A stretch of 64,000 nucleotides of DNA from Tagaea sp. (GTDB lineage Bacteria > Pseudomonadota > Alphaproteobacteria > CACIAM-22H2), in the NCBI GenBank assembly GCA_965279525.1, contig CBDIIB010000005.1, forward strand, positions 672,001 to 736,000, given 5' to 3'. The translations under genes were made by a program, and so were the position numbers. Below, piece by piece: positions 29,794 through 39,364 of this stretch. The notes under the pieces are model-generated. The model searched no databases. It was given only the letters and a program-made list of their open reading frames with translations, and was not told where the DNA came from. Position 1 is the stretch's first letter. Each line of letters begins with the position of its first letter.

Positions 29794-30455
29794 GTGGCTC
29801 GCCCGGCGCGGGCGGACTCGATCTCGGGATCGAGAGGAGCGAAAACACCTGTTACCGGATCGAGAGTGTCGATGGCCCCGCTTGCGATATCGAAGTGCCA
29901 GCCGTGGATCGAGATATGGCCCGAAGTGATCCGCTCGGCGATCCAAGGATACGTGGCCAGATTGCGCACCGAGATGCAGATACCTCGCTGTTCGACCAGT
30001 CGCTCGCGCATCTCGATCGGCACCTCCGTTACGGCGCCGAGCGCTGAATCGCGCGCCTCTGCCGCGATTTCCACCCAGTCCGCGAGAAAGTCGAATCGCC
30101 GGCCATCGCGATACGGCCCCTGGATGAGTGCTCGGATGCCGCCGCACAGCCGATGGCCAAGCACGACGATGTGCTCGACCGACAGGCCCAGAACGGCAAA
30201 CTCAAGGGCTGAGGCCGTTCCATGCGCGCGACCGTCGGGCTCGTAGGGCGGAACGAGTGCAGCGACGTTCCGGATCACGAACAGGTCGCCAGGGGCCGAT
30301 TCGGTAATTATCGCCGGGTCGGTTCGGGAATCCGAGCAGGCAATGACCAGTACACGTGGAGCCTGACCATTGATCGCAAGCTCCTCAAAAAGCGTATGGT
30401 TTGTTTCAAAATAGTCTGCGCGAAAACTCCGGTAGCCTGAGAGAAGTCCTTCCAT
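29790..30455 (-). CDS. Beta-class carbonic anhydrase
   Basis: ACSDSR, PGDLFVIRNVA and LGHRLCGG zinc ligands, GWHFDIASG. Confidence 0.93.
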   Translation of the reverse strand: MEGLLSGYRSFRADYFETNHTLFEELAINGQAPRVLVIACSDSRTDPAIITESAPGDLFVIRNVAALVPPYEPDGRAHGTASALEFAVLGLSVEHIVVLGHRLCGGIRALIQGPYRDGRRFDFLADWVEIAAEARDSALGAVTEVPIEMRERLVEQRGICISVRNLATYPWIAERITSGHISIHGWHFDIASGAIDTLDPVTGVFAPLDPEIESARAGRAT

Positions 30456-30541
30456 TGCAGTTCCGCGTCGACACCCGGTGCACATTTTCCACTCCGCATG
30501 ATCGAATGCGGCGACGATGCATTTGCGCACTCGGCGTCCGG

Positions 30542-30555
30542 TTGATCTAAGTCAA
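30542..30555. promoter_or_regulatory. FNR-like box between carbonic anhydrase and the Crp/Fnr regulator
   Basis: TTGAT-CTAA-GTCAA; weaker matches at 30615-30628 and 30637-30650. Confidence 0.75.
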
Positions 30556-30670
30556 GGCAGACGGACGTTAGGTGAAATACCTTTGAGATAACTTGACATC
30601 TGCCAGCTGGTGGCCTGATCGCCGTCAACTCACCGGATGATGGCTGTCAACCGGTCTCAGGGAGCACGAG

Positions 30671-31360
30671 ATGAAGGCTTCGGATCGAGCGACACTGGGC
30701 CAGACTCCAATATTCCACGACGTCCCGCCGGAGATCTGCGACCGACTTGCGATTGGTGCCTTCGTGCAAACGCTTCCGAAGGGAGCGCTCTTGTTCGAAC
30801 AGGGTGGCGAGGCCGAGTTCCTTCACGTGCTCCTCGACGGACGGTGCGGTCTCGTCGGCGCCAGATCCGACGGCGAAGAGTGCGTCGTCGAGATCATGCA
30901 TGCCGGTTCCGCCTTCATCCTGCCGGCAATTCTGCTTGAAGCGCCCTATCTGATGTCGGCACGGGTCTTCGAAACCTCACGGATCGCAATGATCCCTGCC
31001 GGCCCGTTGCGCCGCGCGCTCGATCAAGAGCCGCTCCTGATGCGGGCGGCGGCCTTCGATCTCGCCCGCTACTGGCGGGTCCTCGTGCAGCAGATCAAGG
31101 ACCTGAAGCTGCGTTCGGCCCATGAGCGTGTCGCGGCGCATCTCAGTACAATGTGCCGTGAGACAAGCACTGGACCGGCAGTCTTGAATCTCGATCAGGA
31201 GTTCCGATCCATTGCCGCGAAGCTCGGCATGACGCCGGAATCCTGGTCGCGATCCATAAAGCAACTGGAAACGGTCGGCGTCCGGGCCGTCGGCCGACGC
31301 ATCGAGATCGAAGACATAATTCGGCTGAGAGAATTTGCGAGAGTTGACGGCTTACAATAG
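30671..31360 (+). CDS. Crp/Fnr family regulator (NarR/DNR-like, no N-terminal FNR Cys cluster)
   Basis: LFEQG cNMP-binding fold, PYLMSAR, HTH IAAKLGMTPESWSR; divergent from the nar operon. Confidence 0.88.
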   Translation: MKASDRATLGQTPIFHDVPPEICDRLAIGAFVQTLPKGALLFEQGGEAEFLHVLLDGRCGLVGARSDGEECVVEIMHAGSAFILPAILLEAPYLMSARVFETSRIAMIPAGPLRRALDQEPLLMRAAAFDLARYWRVLVQQIKDLKLRSAHERVAAHLSTMCRETSTGPAVLNLDQEFRSIAAKLGMTPESWSRSIKQLETVGVRAVGRRIEIEDIIRLREFARVDGLQ

Positions 31361-31377
31361 AAATATTGTACTGCTCA

Positions 31378-31467
31378 TGGCCTGAGCCCGTGAACTCACC
31401 CGGTTGAAGGTAGAGTCTGTTCCGTATTTGACCCTTTCTGGGTGGTTGTGGCAACGGGGCGAGGCGC
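31378..31467 (-). repeat. 90-bp junction element, copy C (inverted relative to A)
   Basis: Ungapped manual alignment to copy A gives 68/90, and 32/33 over the CAGGCCA-proximal end. Confidence 0.88.
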
Positions 31468-31524
31468 GAAGCCCCTTGGGTAGCGCAGCGCTTTGCTTCG
31501 TAAACAGACCTTCCGAAGCGAACC

Positions 31525-32334
31525 TCACGATCGATCGTTCATCCGATCAATATAGGCAACAGTCCCAGACAGCAGCCGATCAATGTGCGCACGCATACGT
31601 CGCTCTGCGGCGCCGGGATCGCGGCGTTGGATCGCGTCCGCAATGGCTTCGTGATCCTGCGCAAGTGCCTTTGCATCCTTTTCGGTCTCGCGCTTCGTCC
31701 GTCGTGTCACCCCTGGATTGTGCGAAATCTTGTCAAGCAGCGGCGTGTCATTCTGTTCGATTGCGAGCAAGCCAATTTCGATCAGGAACTTGTGATGTGA
31801 TGCCTGGATCAGCTGGCAATGGAAGCAAACTGCTGGTTCAACCCGGCTGCCGCCTTCTGTCGGTGCAGAACAATGTGCCCGCGCGAAACTGTTGAGCTGG
31901 CGTATATCCTCGTCCGTTGCGCGCGTTGCCGCCAGACGCGCAGCCTCAGGCTCGATGGCGCGCCGTACCAGCAACATGTCACGCAGAGATTCAGCGCTCT
32001 TGATCGACGCAACGTCCACCAGCCGCGCGGAACGCTGCCGACGGCTCATCCCCCGCTTCAAATCGTCGAGCATCTTCTCGCCGGCCGGCGTCAGGACACG
32101 CCCCCGCTTGCCCAACGTGCGCGCCAATCCGCGAGTAACGAGTTCACGCAGTGCGCGACCCGCCGTCGCCTCCGCCACGGCAATCCCCGCCTGCCTCAAG
32201 GCACGCACCAGCTTGTGGTTTCCGACAGGGCCGTCGTTATGCCTGAGCAACTCAAGAGCGATCAGATCGATCGCAGATCCGCGATCCTGATCAAATCCCA
32301 GAAGCTTGGAACGCTCGCGTTTCGCTCGCCGCAT
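31525..32334 (-). CDS. FCD-domain (GntR/FadR-like) transcriptional regulator with N-terminal winged helix
   Basis: VRRAIEPEAARLAA.RAT, FH..L..ASH, DHEAIADAIQRRDP.AAERRMRAH. Start uncertain. Confidence 0.82.
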   Translation of the reverse strand: MRRAKRERSKLLGFDQDRGSAIDLIALELLRHNDGPVGNHKLVRALRQAGIAVAEATAGRALRELVTRGLARTLGKRGRVLTPAGEKMLDDLKRGMSRRQRSARLVDVASIKSAESLRDMLLVRRAIEPEAARLAATRATDEDIRQLNSFARAHCSAPTEGGSRVEPAVCFHCQLIQASHHKFLIEIGLLAIEQNDTPLLDKISHNPGVTRRTKRETEKDAKALAQDHEAIADAIQRRDPGAAERRMRAHIDRLLSGTVAYIDRMNDRS

Positions 32335-32495
32335 ATGATTGATATTCCCCGTTAACTTCGAACCCACAATCGATGGCGGTGCAGCGCGACCGTGCAATCG
32401 AATCTGGAGCCGAATTGATTGATAAGTCATCTTCGCCATAACACGCAACGACGACGGCGGTCGGCCCACTTTCGCCGCAACGCACAATTCGGCCG

Positions 32496-32534
32496 TTGAC
32501 AGTCCAGAATCCTCATATCATCATCAATGATGAT
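32496..32534 (+). promoter_or_regulatory. Sigma70-like promoter with an overlapping palindromic operator
   Basis: TTGACA (32496), 17 nt, then CATCAT; perfect palindrome ATCATCA-A-TGATGAT at 32520-32534 over the -10. Confidence 0.55.
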
Positions 32535-32579
32535 CGATGTTCATTCGAATGTCGATCCTGCTTTGACAAACAGGTCGCC

Positions 32580-33155
32580 ATGCGCCGAGACAGTCCGCTC
32601 AATACGCTGCGCGCCGCCGTTGGCAGCTTTGTCGACCGGATCAACGCTACGATAAGGATCGCGATTGCGGCACTGCTTGCCGGCATGTGTGTCTGTGCGC
32701 TGCTTCAGGTTATTGTCCGGCTCGTGCTTGACTCGTTCGGCCTCAACCTCTCGGTACCGTGGAGCGAGGAGCTGAGCCGGTATTTCATGATCTGGCTCAT
32801 CTTTCTGGGCGCGGCTTACGCGTGCCGCCGCGATCAACTCATCTCGCTGACTGTCGTCGTGGACAACTTGCCCGTTCCGCTAAGGCGTATCGCAAATCTG
32901 GCGGCCGCCTTCGTCTGCATTGCCTTCTATGCAGTACTTATTCAGGTCGGTGTGACTTCCATCCGCTCCGGCTTTATCGAGATGAGCCCGGTCCTGCAGT
33001 TTCCAAAGGCTTATGTCTACGCCGCCATGCCGATCGGTGGCGCGGTCATGATCCTCAACACGCTGGCGTTCTTGGCCGAGAATCTGGGGTGGCTCGACGG
33101 GCCGACGAACGGCGGCATTCAGGGTGGCGTCGCTGCCCCGGACGCCCCGCCATGA
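32580..33155 (+). CDS. TRAP transporter small permease (DctQ)
   Basis: QVIVR...WSEELSRYFMIWLIFLGA. Confidence 0.9.
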   Translation: MRRDSPLNTLRAAVGSFVDRINATIRIAIAALLAGMCVCALLQVIVRLVLDSFGLNLSVPWSEELSRYFMIWLIFLGAAYACRRDQLISLTVVVDNLPVPLRRIANLAAAFVCIAFYAVLIQVGVTSIRSGFIEMSPVLQFPKAYVYAAMPIGGAVMILNTLAFLAENLGWLDGPTNGGIQGGVAAPDAPP

Positions 33156-34423
33156 TCGTAGCCCTTATCCTGCTTTTGGTTTTGTTTGCGATTGGTGTGC
33201 CGATCGCGGTGACACTGGGAGCGGCGCCGCTCTTGGCGATTTACGAACGCGGCATTTCGCTCGTCATCGTGCCGCAGATCGCATTCGAGGCACTCGACTC
33301 GTTTACGCTGATGGCGATCCCGTTTTTTGTTCTCGCAGGCAGGCTAATGCAAGCCGGCGGAATCGCAGGTCGACTTGTCGATCTCGCGGTCGCCCTTACG
33401 TGCTGGATGCGAGGCGGCCTTGCTAACGCCTCGATCGTCACGGCGATGATGTTCGCGACGATGTCCGGCTCGTCTTCTGCGACCGCCGCAGCCATCGGCA
33501 CGACATTGATCCCGGCAATGGGGAAAAGCCGCTATCCCAGACCTTTCGGTGCGGCGACGATCGCGGCCTCTGCAGAACTTGGCGCCATCATTCCTCCATC
33601 GGTGCCGATGATCGTCTACGCGGTCGTGGCAAATGTCTCGATCGCCGATCTGTTCCTGTCGGGCGTGTTTCCGGGACTGCTGATCGGCTTCTCGCTGATC
33701 CTGTTCGTCACCATCGTCTCCACCATCTACGACTATGGTATCGTCGAGCGGCCTGGCTTCCGGATTTGGGCCATCGGTGTCGTTACCGCAGCCAAGCGCG
33801 CGGCGCTGTCTCTGCTGATGCCACTTATCGTACTTGGCGGCATCTATGGCGGCGTGTTCACACCGACAGAGGCAGCAGTCGTCTCCGCCGCCTATGCTCT
33901 TGTCCTCGGGATGTTTGTCTATCGCAAGATCGGCATCAAAGACCTGCCGGAGATATTCTTCGTCAGCGGCCTCACCTCGGCAGTCGTGCTTCTGATCGTT
34001 GCCCTCGCATCCGTCCTCGCCTATGCGCTGGCGATCTATCAGGTCCCGCAGACCCTCGCTGCCGGCATCCGGGCGATTTCCGACAGCCCCTACGTATTCC
34101 TGCTGATCGTCAATCTGCTGCTGCTTGTCGTGGGCATGTTCATCGAGACGCTGGCCGCCATCGTTGTCGTGACGCCCATTCTGGCACCTATGGCGATGGG
34201 TCTGGGCATCGACCCGGTGCATTTTGGTGCGATCATCATCGTCAATCTCGCCATCGGCATGGTGACGCCGCCGGTCGGGGTGAACCTGTTCGTCGTCTCG
34301 ACGATCTCCGGATTGAACATCGAAGCGATGATCCGCCCGCTGCTGGGGTTCCTGGCAGTCCTGATCGTCGATCTAATGATCATCACTTATATTCCCGTGC
34401 TGTCGACCTTCCTGATCAGGTGA
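33152..34423 (+). CDS. TRAP transporter large permease (DctM)
   Basis: AIPFFVLAG, IIPPSVPM, GVFTPTEAA, TPPVGVNLFV; ATGA overlap with dctQ. Confidence 0.93.
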   Translation: MIVALILLLVLFAIGVPIAVTLGAAPLLAIYERGISLVIVPQIAFEALDSFTLMAIPFFVLAGRLMQAGGIAGRLVDLAVALTCWMRGGLANASIVTAMMFATMSGSSSATAAAIGTTLIPAMGKSRYPRPFGAATIAASAELGAIIPPSVPMIVYAVVANVSIADLFLSGVFPGLLIGFSLILFVTIVSTIYDYGIVERPGFRIWAIGVVTAAKRAALSLLMPLIVLGGIYGGVFTPTEAAVVSAAYALVLGMFVYRKIGIKDLPEIFFVSGLTSAVVLLIVALASVLAYALAIYQVPQTLAAGIRAISDSPYVFLLIVNLLLLVVGMFIETLAAIVVVTPILAPMAMGLGIDPVHFGAIIIVNLAIGMVTPPVGVNLFVVSTISGLNIEAMIRPLLGFLAVLIVDLMIITYIPVLSTFLIR

Positions 34424-34478
34424 CGTGCGGGCCGTCTCAACGACCAACGGAATCCACAGACCGAAAGGAGCTTTAAAA

Positions 34479-35468
34479 ATGATGAACCGCATCGCCGCAG
34501 CAGCATTGATCGGCCTGGCCGCCCTGCTGCCAAGCACCGAAGCCGCATCGCAGGCCCATCAGATGAATATCGGCCACGTGCTCAGCGACAAGAGTTCGTA
34601 TCAGGTCGGCATGAAATACTTCGCCGATGAGATGGCAAAACGCACGAACGGCCGCGTCAAGGTTAACATCTTCCCCGCAGGCGGTCTTGGCGGCGAACTG
34701 CGTCTGGTCCAGGGCGGCTCGACCGGCACGGTCGACGCCTTCATCATCGGCCAGCCGTCTCTCGAGGCGACGATCCCCGAGTTCAAGATACTGTCACTAC
34801 CTTACCTGTTCGATAGCGAGGCCGAAGCCATCAAGGTGCTGCGTGGCAGCTTCGGCAACAAGTTTCTGGAACTTCTGCCGAAGCACAACATGGTCGGCCT
34901 CGGCTGGGCGGGCGTGTTCACCCGCGGTATTCCCGCGACGCGAGCGGTCGAAACGGCCAACGATCTGCGCGGCCTGAAGGTGCGCGTGATGCAGTCACCC
35001 GGCTACATCTCGACCTTCAACTCTCTGGGCAGCCAGCCCACGCCGATCCCGTTCGGCGAGCTGTTCATGGCGCTGCAGACGCGCGTCGTCGACGCAACCG
35101 ATCTCAGCCCCGATCTCGTGATCTCGGGTCAGTTCCTCAAGGCGATTACCCATTATTCGCAGCCGGGCATCCATCAGCTCCCTTCGATTTTCATCATGTC
35201 GAAGGCCAAGTACGACTCGTTCCCGGAAGATATCCGCAAGATCGTCCTGGAAGTCGGGCGCGAAGGCGCGGCGGCGGCAACGGACGAACAGACCCGCCTG
35301 ATGGCCGCCGGTCTGGAGGAAATGCGCACGGCAGGCATCAAGATCAGCGCGCCGAATCAGGCGACGTTCCGTGAGGCGGCGATGAAGGCCTGGCCGTCGA
35401 TCACCGCCGGGGTTCCTGATGTAGATGCCTATCTCGCAGAACTGAAGACGGCCAAGGCGGCAAAGTAA
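34479..35468 (+). CDS. TRAP transporter substrate-binding protein (DctP)
   Basis: AAGGAG RBS, signal peptide, DLRGLKVR, PFGELFMALQT. Confidence 0.93.
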   Translation: MMNRIAAAALIGLAALLPSTEAASQAHQMNIGHVLSDKSSYQVGMKYFADEMAKRTNGRVKVNIFPAGGLGGELRLVQGGSTGTVDAFIIGQPSLEATIPEFKILSLPYLFDSEAEAIKVLRGSFGNKFLELLPKHNMVGLGWAGVFTRGIPATRAVETANDLRGLKVRVMQSPGYISTFNSLGSQPTPIPFGELFMALQTRVVDATDLSPDLVISGQFLKAITHYSQPGIHQLPSIFIMSKAKYDSFPEDIRKIVLEVGREGAAAATDEQTRLMAAGLEEMRTAGIKISAPNQATFREAAMKAWPSITAGVPDVDAYLAELKTAKAAK

Positions 35469-35473
35469 TCTTC

Positions 35474-35503
35474 AAGGACGTCGCCTGTTTCGGCGGCGCC
35501 CTT
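35474..35503 (+). terminator. Stem-loop after dctP (attenuating terminator or mRNA-stabilising hairpin)
   Basis: AAGGACGTCGCC-TGTTTC-GGCGGCGCCCTT, followed by pyrimidines. Confidence 0.45.
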
Positions 35504-35544
35504 CTCTCATCCATCCAGGACTGAATTCAAATGGAGAAGTATTC

Positions 35545-35931
35545 ATGCGGACGGCCGTAAATACCCCGCTCCCGCCCATTGACGCGCCACTCGAATGGGC
35601 GACCATGTCGAACGGCGCGTTCTATACCGCTGTAATCGGCACGCTGCCTGACGGCACGATGGATACCGGCGATATCCGCTCGCAGACCAAGTACACGCTC
35701 GACAATCTGAAGATCTGCATCGAGGCAGCGGGCGGTACGATGGATGACGTGACACAGGTGCTGGTCTATCTGACCGCTCGCAAGGACGCGAAAGGCATGA
35801 ATGAGGTCTACGCGCAGTATTTCAAGAAACCTTACCCCAACCGCGCGACCGTTGTGATCTCCGAACTTCTGGTGCCCGGCTGCATCGTCGAGATGGTGGC
35901 CTATGCGCATATCGGATCCCCCAAGGGCTGA
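35545..35931 (+). CDS. RidA/YjgF family protein
   Basis: QT..TLDNLK..IEAAG, MNEVYAQYF..PYPNRATV, VEM. Confidence 0.9.
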   Translation: MRTAVNTPLPPIDAPLEWATMSNGAFYTAVIGTLPDGTMDTGDIRSQTKYTLDNLKICIEAAGGTMDDVTQVLVYLTARKDAKGMNEVYAQYFKKPYPNRATVVISELLVPGCIVEMVAYAHIGSPKG

Positions 35932-35946
35932 TCCGGGAACCTTGAT

Positions 35947-37425
35947 ATGCGCGATCTTCTCTATATCGGCGGGAAGTGGGTGCCGCCTGTAAAGGGAGGC
36001 TCGATCCCGGCAATTGACCCGTCGACGGGGAAGGAATTCCACCGCATTGCCGCAGGTACGGCACCCGACATCGACGCGGCAGTGAAGGCCGCGCGCATTG
36101 CCTTCGACAAAGGTCCTTGGCCGCGAATGACGGGTAATGAACGCGCCGCCTTCCTGCGTGCCATCGCCGGCAGGATCAAGGCCCGACAGGGACAACTCGC
36201 CGCACTCGAGACACGTGACAACGGAAAGCCGCTGCCGGAAGCCGACTGGGACATCTCAGACGCCGCTGGCTGCTTTGAATACTACGGCAACCTGGCCGAC
36301 GGGCTTGATTCGCAACTTGCCGAGCCGATCTCACTTCCCGATGCGCGTTTCACGTCCAAAGCGGTCAAGGAGCCGGTCGGCGTTTGTGGCGCGATCGTCC
36401 CTTGGAACTATCCGCTCTTGATGGCTGCCTGGAAGGTCGCGCCTGCTCTCGCTGCTGGCTGCACGGTTGTGCTCAAGCCGTCAGAGCTTACTTCACTCAC
36501 GGCACTCGAGCTTGCGGCGATCGCAGCAGAGATCGGCATGCCTGAGGGCGTCCTGAACGTCGTTACCGGTACAGGGCCCGAGGCGGGTCAGGCGCTGGCC
36601 GATCATCCTGACGTCGATAAGCTGGCCTTCACCGGCTCCGAGGCCACCGGCTCGAAAGTAATGACGGCTGCGGCACGCGACATCAAACGCATCAGCCTCG
36701 AACTGGGCGGCAAGTCGCCCTTCATCGTGTTCGACGATGTACAGGTCGACGAGGCCGTCGAATGGATCATGTTCGGCATTTTCTGGAATCAGGGCCAGGT
36801 GTGCTCGGCAACGTCACGCGTCCTGATCCAGGATGGGATATACGAGCGCGTCCTCAATCGCCTGATCGAGGAAACGCAGAAGATCAAGATCGGCGCCGGT
36901 ACTGATCCGGGGGTGCTCCTCGGACCGCTTGTGTCAGAAGGCCAGTACGACAGGGTAGCTCGCTATGTCGATCGGGCCCGTGCGGACGGAGCGAAAGTTC
37001 AATGCGGTGGCCGGCGCCCCCCTGGCCTCGACAACGGATATTTCTTTGAGCCGACCGTCCTTACGGATGTGCCGCTCGACAGTGCTGCTTGGCGCGAAGA
37101 GATTTTCGGCCCCGTCGTCTGCCTGCGCGGTTTCGCAGACGAAGCCGAAGCCGTGCGCCTTGCCAACGACAGTCCCTACGGTCTGGCAGCAGCCGTAATG
37201 ACGGCGGATACGACACGCGCTGAACGTGTCGCTGCGACATTGCGTGCTGGCATTGTGTGGATCAATTGCTCCCAGCCGACCTTTACGGAAGCCCCCTGGG
37301 GCGGGTTCAAGCGATCGGGCATCGGCCGTGAACTCGGAAAATGGGGGCTCGACGCCTATCTCGAGGTCAAACAGATCACGCGCTATATCGCGCCCGAACG
37401 CTGGGGTTGGTATATCAAGAATTAG
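35947..37425 (+). CDS. Aldehyde dehydrogenase (betaine/amino-aldehyde dehydrogenase-like)
   Basis: PWNYP, KPSE, FTGS, LELGGKSP, NQGQVCSA, EEIFGP. Confidence 0.94.
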   Translation: MRDLLYIGGKWVPPVKGGSIPAIDPSTGKEFHRIAAGTAPDIDAAVKAARIAFDKGPWPRMTGNERAAFLRAIAGRIKARQGQLAALETRDNGKPLPEADWDISDAAGCFEYYGNLADGLDSQLAEPISLPDARFTSKAVKEPVGVCGAIVPWNYPLLMAAWKVAPALAAGCTVVLKPSELTSLTALELAAIAAEIGMPEGVLNVVTGTGPEAGQALADHPDVDKLAFTGSEATGSKVMTAAARDIKRISLELGGKSPFIVFDDVQVDEAVEWIMFGIFWNQGQVCSATSRVLIQDGIYERVLNRLIEETQKIKIGAGTDPGVLLGPLVSEGQYDRVARYVDRARADGAKVQCGGRRPPGLDNGYFFEPTVLTDVPLDSAAWREEIFGPVVCLRGFADEAEAVRLANDSPYGLAAAVMTADTTRAERVAATLRAGIVWINCSQPTFTEAPWGGFKRSGIGRELGKWGLDAYLEVKQITRYIAPERWGWYIKN

Positions 37426-37447
37426 CGGCTTGAGCTTGTTACACGAT

Positions 37448-37537
37448 TGCGCTTCCGCACGTTTTGTGGAAACGAAGATAAGCTCAAACGCAAAGCAGAC
37501 TCTGCCCTCACTCGAGTGAATTCGTTGCCTTAGCCCC
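37448..37537 (+). repeat. 90-bp junction element, copy D (degenerate)
   Basis: Ungapped 54/90 to copy A with many transitions; shares CAGACTCT with copy C. Confidence 0.65.
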
Positions 37538-37799
37538 TGTAATATAAGGGCTGACGCTGCAGTTTTTCGCTCACCAAAATTCCAGAATCACTAATGGTCA
37601 GTCATGCGACTCTTTAGCTACTTCCAATGGAATGGGTGACTCGCTCTGATCTGCCGGCCGAAGCGGACGCTTACGGTCCTGCAATTCTTGCTCGAGCTTT
37701 CGTGCGACCTCATCCAAATATCGCTGAGCAAGACAAGGGTCATATCCATGCATATGGCGTTTCCCTCGAAAAGGTTGCGATAGCCTATTCTTACTTTCT

Positions 37800-38573
37800 T
37801 CAGGCCGGAAGCATCCAGAAACGTTCGTTTGACACAAGCTTTGCTACAGCGTCAGCAGCTGCTTCCAATAGCCTCTCACCCTTCTCAGCAGTCGACGCAC
37901 GAGGATCCCCAATGGCACCATGCGTCGTGCGTGACTTGAAGGAGCGATAGCGAATTGCAGCATCCGTACCAGTAACGTCCTTGATCTCAGTTTCCGTCGG
38001 ACCAACAGCGTTCTGCGCCCGAGCCATATCGACGAACTGAGGGGCAAGATGAAGAAGCATCGACGTCTCGGCTTCGCATGCATGTCGGACGTTTGTCTGG
38101 CGCTCGAGGATTTTCCCGAACGCCTCCTGAGCCAGTAGCCAATACGAGGCGGTTGCTATCGGTGCGTCGAACTCAATCGCAAAATCATTCACGATCGCGG
38201 TCAGGGCTGCAATGTTGCCGCCGTGGCCATTCAACAAGAAGATACGCCGGAACCCGCCCTTCAGGATTGATCGAACAAGGCAACGGAGTACGGAGTGGAA
38301 TGTGGCAAGGTCGAGCGAAAGTGTCCCACCAAGCGATAGGTGGTGCTCGGCCAGGCCGTGCCAAACCGTTGGTGCGACGACGACCGGCGTCTGGTGTGCG
38401 ATCTTTCGCGCAGCTCGACGCCCTACTTCACCAGACAGCAGCGAATCCACTTGCGTCGGCAGGTGTGGGCCATGCTGTTCCGTCGAGCCGACGGGAAGGA
38501 TCACAACGGCGTTGCGTGCCGCAAGCGCATTCAGTTCGCTGGCCTTTAGTTTCCACCATTCGACTTCGATCAT
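37800..38573 (-). CDS. Creatininase family cyclic amidohydrolase
   Basis: [32 protein letters not shown]. Confidence 0.93.
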   Translation of the reverse strand: MIEVEWWKLKASELNALAARNAVVILPVGSTEQHGPHLPTQVDSLLSGEVGRRAARKIAHQTPVVVAPTVWHGLAEHHLSLGGTLSLDLATFHSVLRCLVRSILKGGFRRIFLLNGHGGNIAALTAIVNDFAIEFDAPIATASYWLLAQEAFGKILERQTNVRHACEAETSMLLHLAPQFVDMARAQNAVGPTETEIKDVTGTDAAIRYRSFKSRTTHGAIGDPRASTAEKGERLLEAAADAVAKLVSNERFWMLPA

Positions 38574-39364
38574 CGTACCCTCCGGGATCCGCCATCACGC
38601 TCAAGCAGCCGCTCCAGAAATGCCTGAGTACGCGCTTCAGCAGGAGCACTGAAGATCTGCGAGGGCGGCGCACGCTCCACGATTGTTCCCTTGTCCATGA
38701 AGATCACATCATCAGCCACATCGCGCGCAAAGCCCATTTCATGGGTCACGACCATCATTGTCATGCCCTGCTCTGCAAGCTGGCGCATCGTCTTCAGGAC
38801 TTCACCGACAAGTTCCGGATCGAGCGCGGACGTCACCTCGTCGAAGAGCATGATGCGCGGTCGCATGGCGAGCGCCCGGGCGATGGCCGCGCGCTGCTGC
38901 TGACCACCCGAGAGCCTCGCTGGATAGGCATCACTCTTGTCCTCAAGGCCGACCTTGCGCAGGAGCTCGATTGCAATATCCCGTGCCTCGTTCGGCTTCA
39001 TGCCACGAACCCGACATGGTGCGAGGGTGATGTTCTGGAGAACGGTCAGGTGCGGGAACAGATTGAAGCTCTGAAAGACCATGCCGACTTCCTGGCGCAG
39101 CTTTTCCCGGCCGGCCCTGTCGAGCTTGATCGAGTTTCCGTCTTCGCCGCCCTGCACGGCTGGCGCGCCATCGATCAGGATTCGCCCCTTCTGGATGGGT
39201 TCGAGCCCGGCAACACAGCGCAGCATCGTGCTCTTGCCTGATCCCGACGGACCGATGATCACCATTACCTGACCTGGATCGATGGCGAGCGAAATGTCAT
39301 CGAGGACCGTTTCTGTCCCGTATCTTTTTGTTACGCGTTCGATGACGACGTGAGGTTCAGGCAT
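38570..39364 (-). CDS. Amino-acid ABC transporter ATP-binding protein
   Basis: [28 protein letters not shown]. Confidence 0.95.
   Translation of the reverse strand: MPEPHVVIERVTKRYGTETVLDDISLAIDPGQVMVIIGPSGSGKSTMLRCVAGLEPIQKGRILIDGAPAVQGGEDGNSIKLDRAGREKLRQEVGMVFQSFNLFPHLTVLQNITLAPCRVRGMKPNEARDIAIELLRKVGLEDKSDAYPARLSGGQQQRAAIARALAMRPRIMLFDEVTSALDPELVGEVLKTMRQLAEQGMTMMVVTHEMGFARDVADDVIFMDKGTIVERAPPSQIFSAPAEARTQAFLERLLERDGGSRRVR

Noticed and set aside
30611-30618. TGGCCTGA as a further element copy
   Set aside because: Only 8 nt match with no extension; it overlaps a weak FNR-like box and is expected by chance.
14414-31467. Classic composite transposon
   Set aside because: No transposase, no target-site duplication, and the outer ends are the least conserved.
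37598-37837. Short minus-strand ORF after creatininase
   Set aside because: No recognisable motif and a weak start; may be a fragment or spurious.
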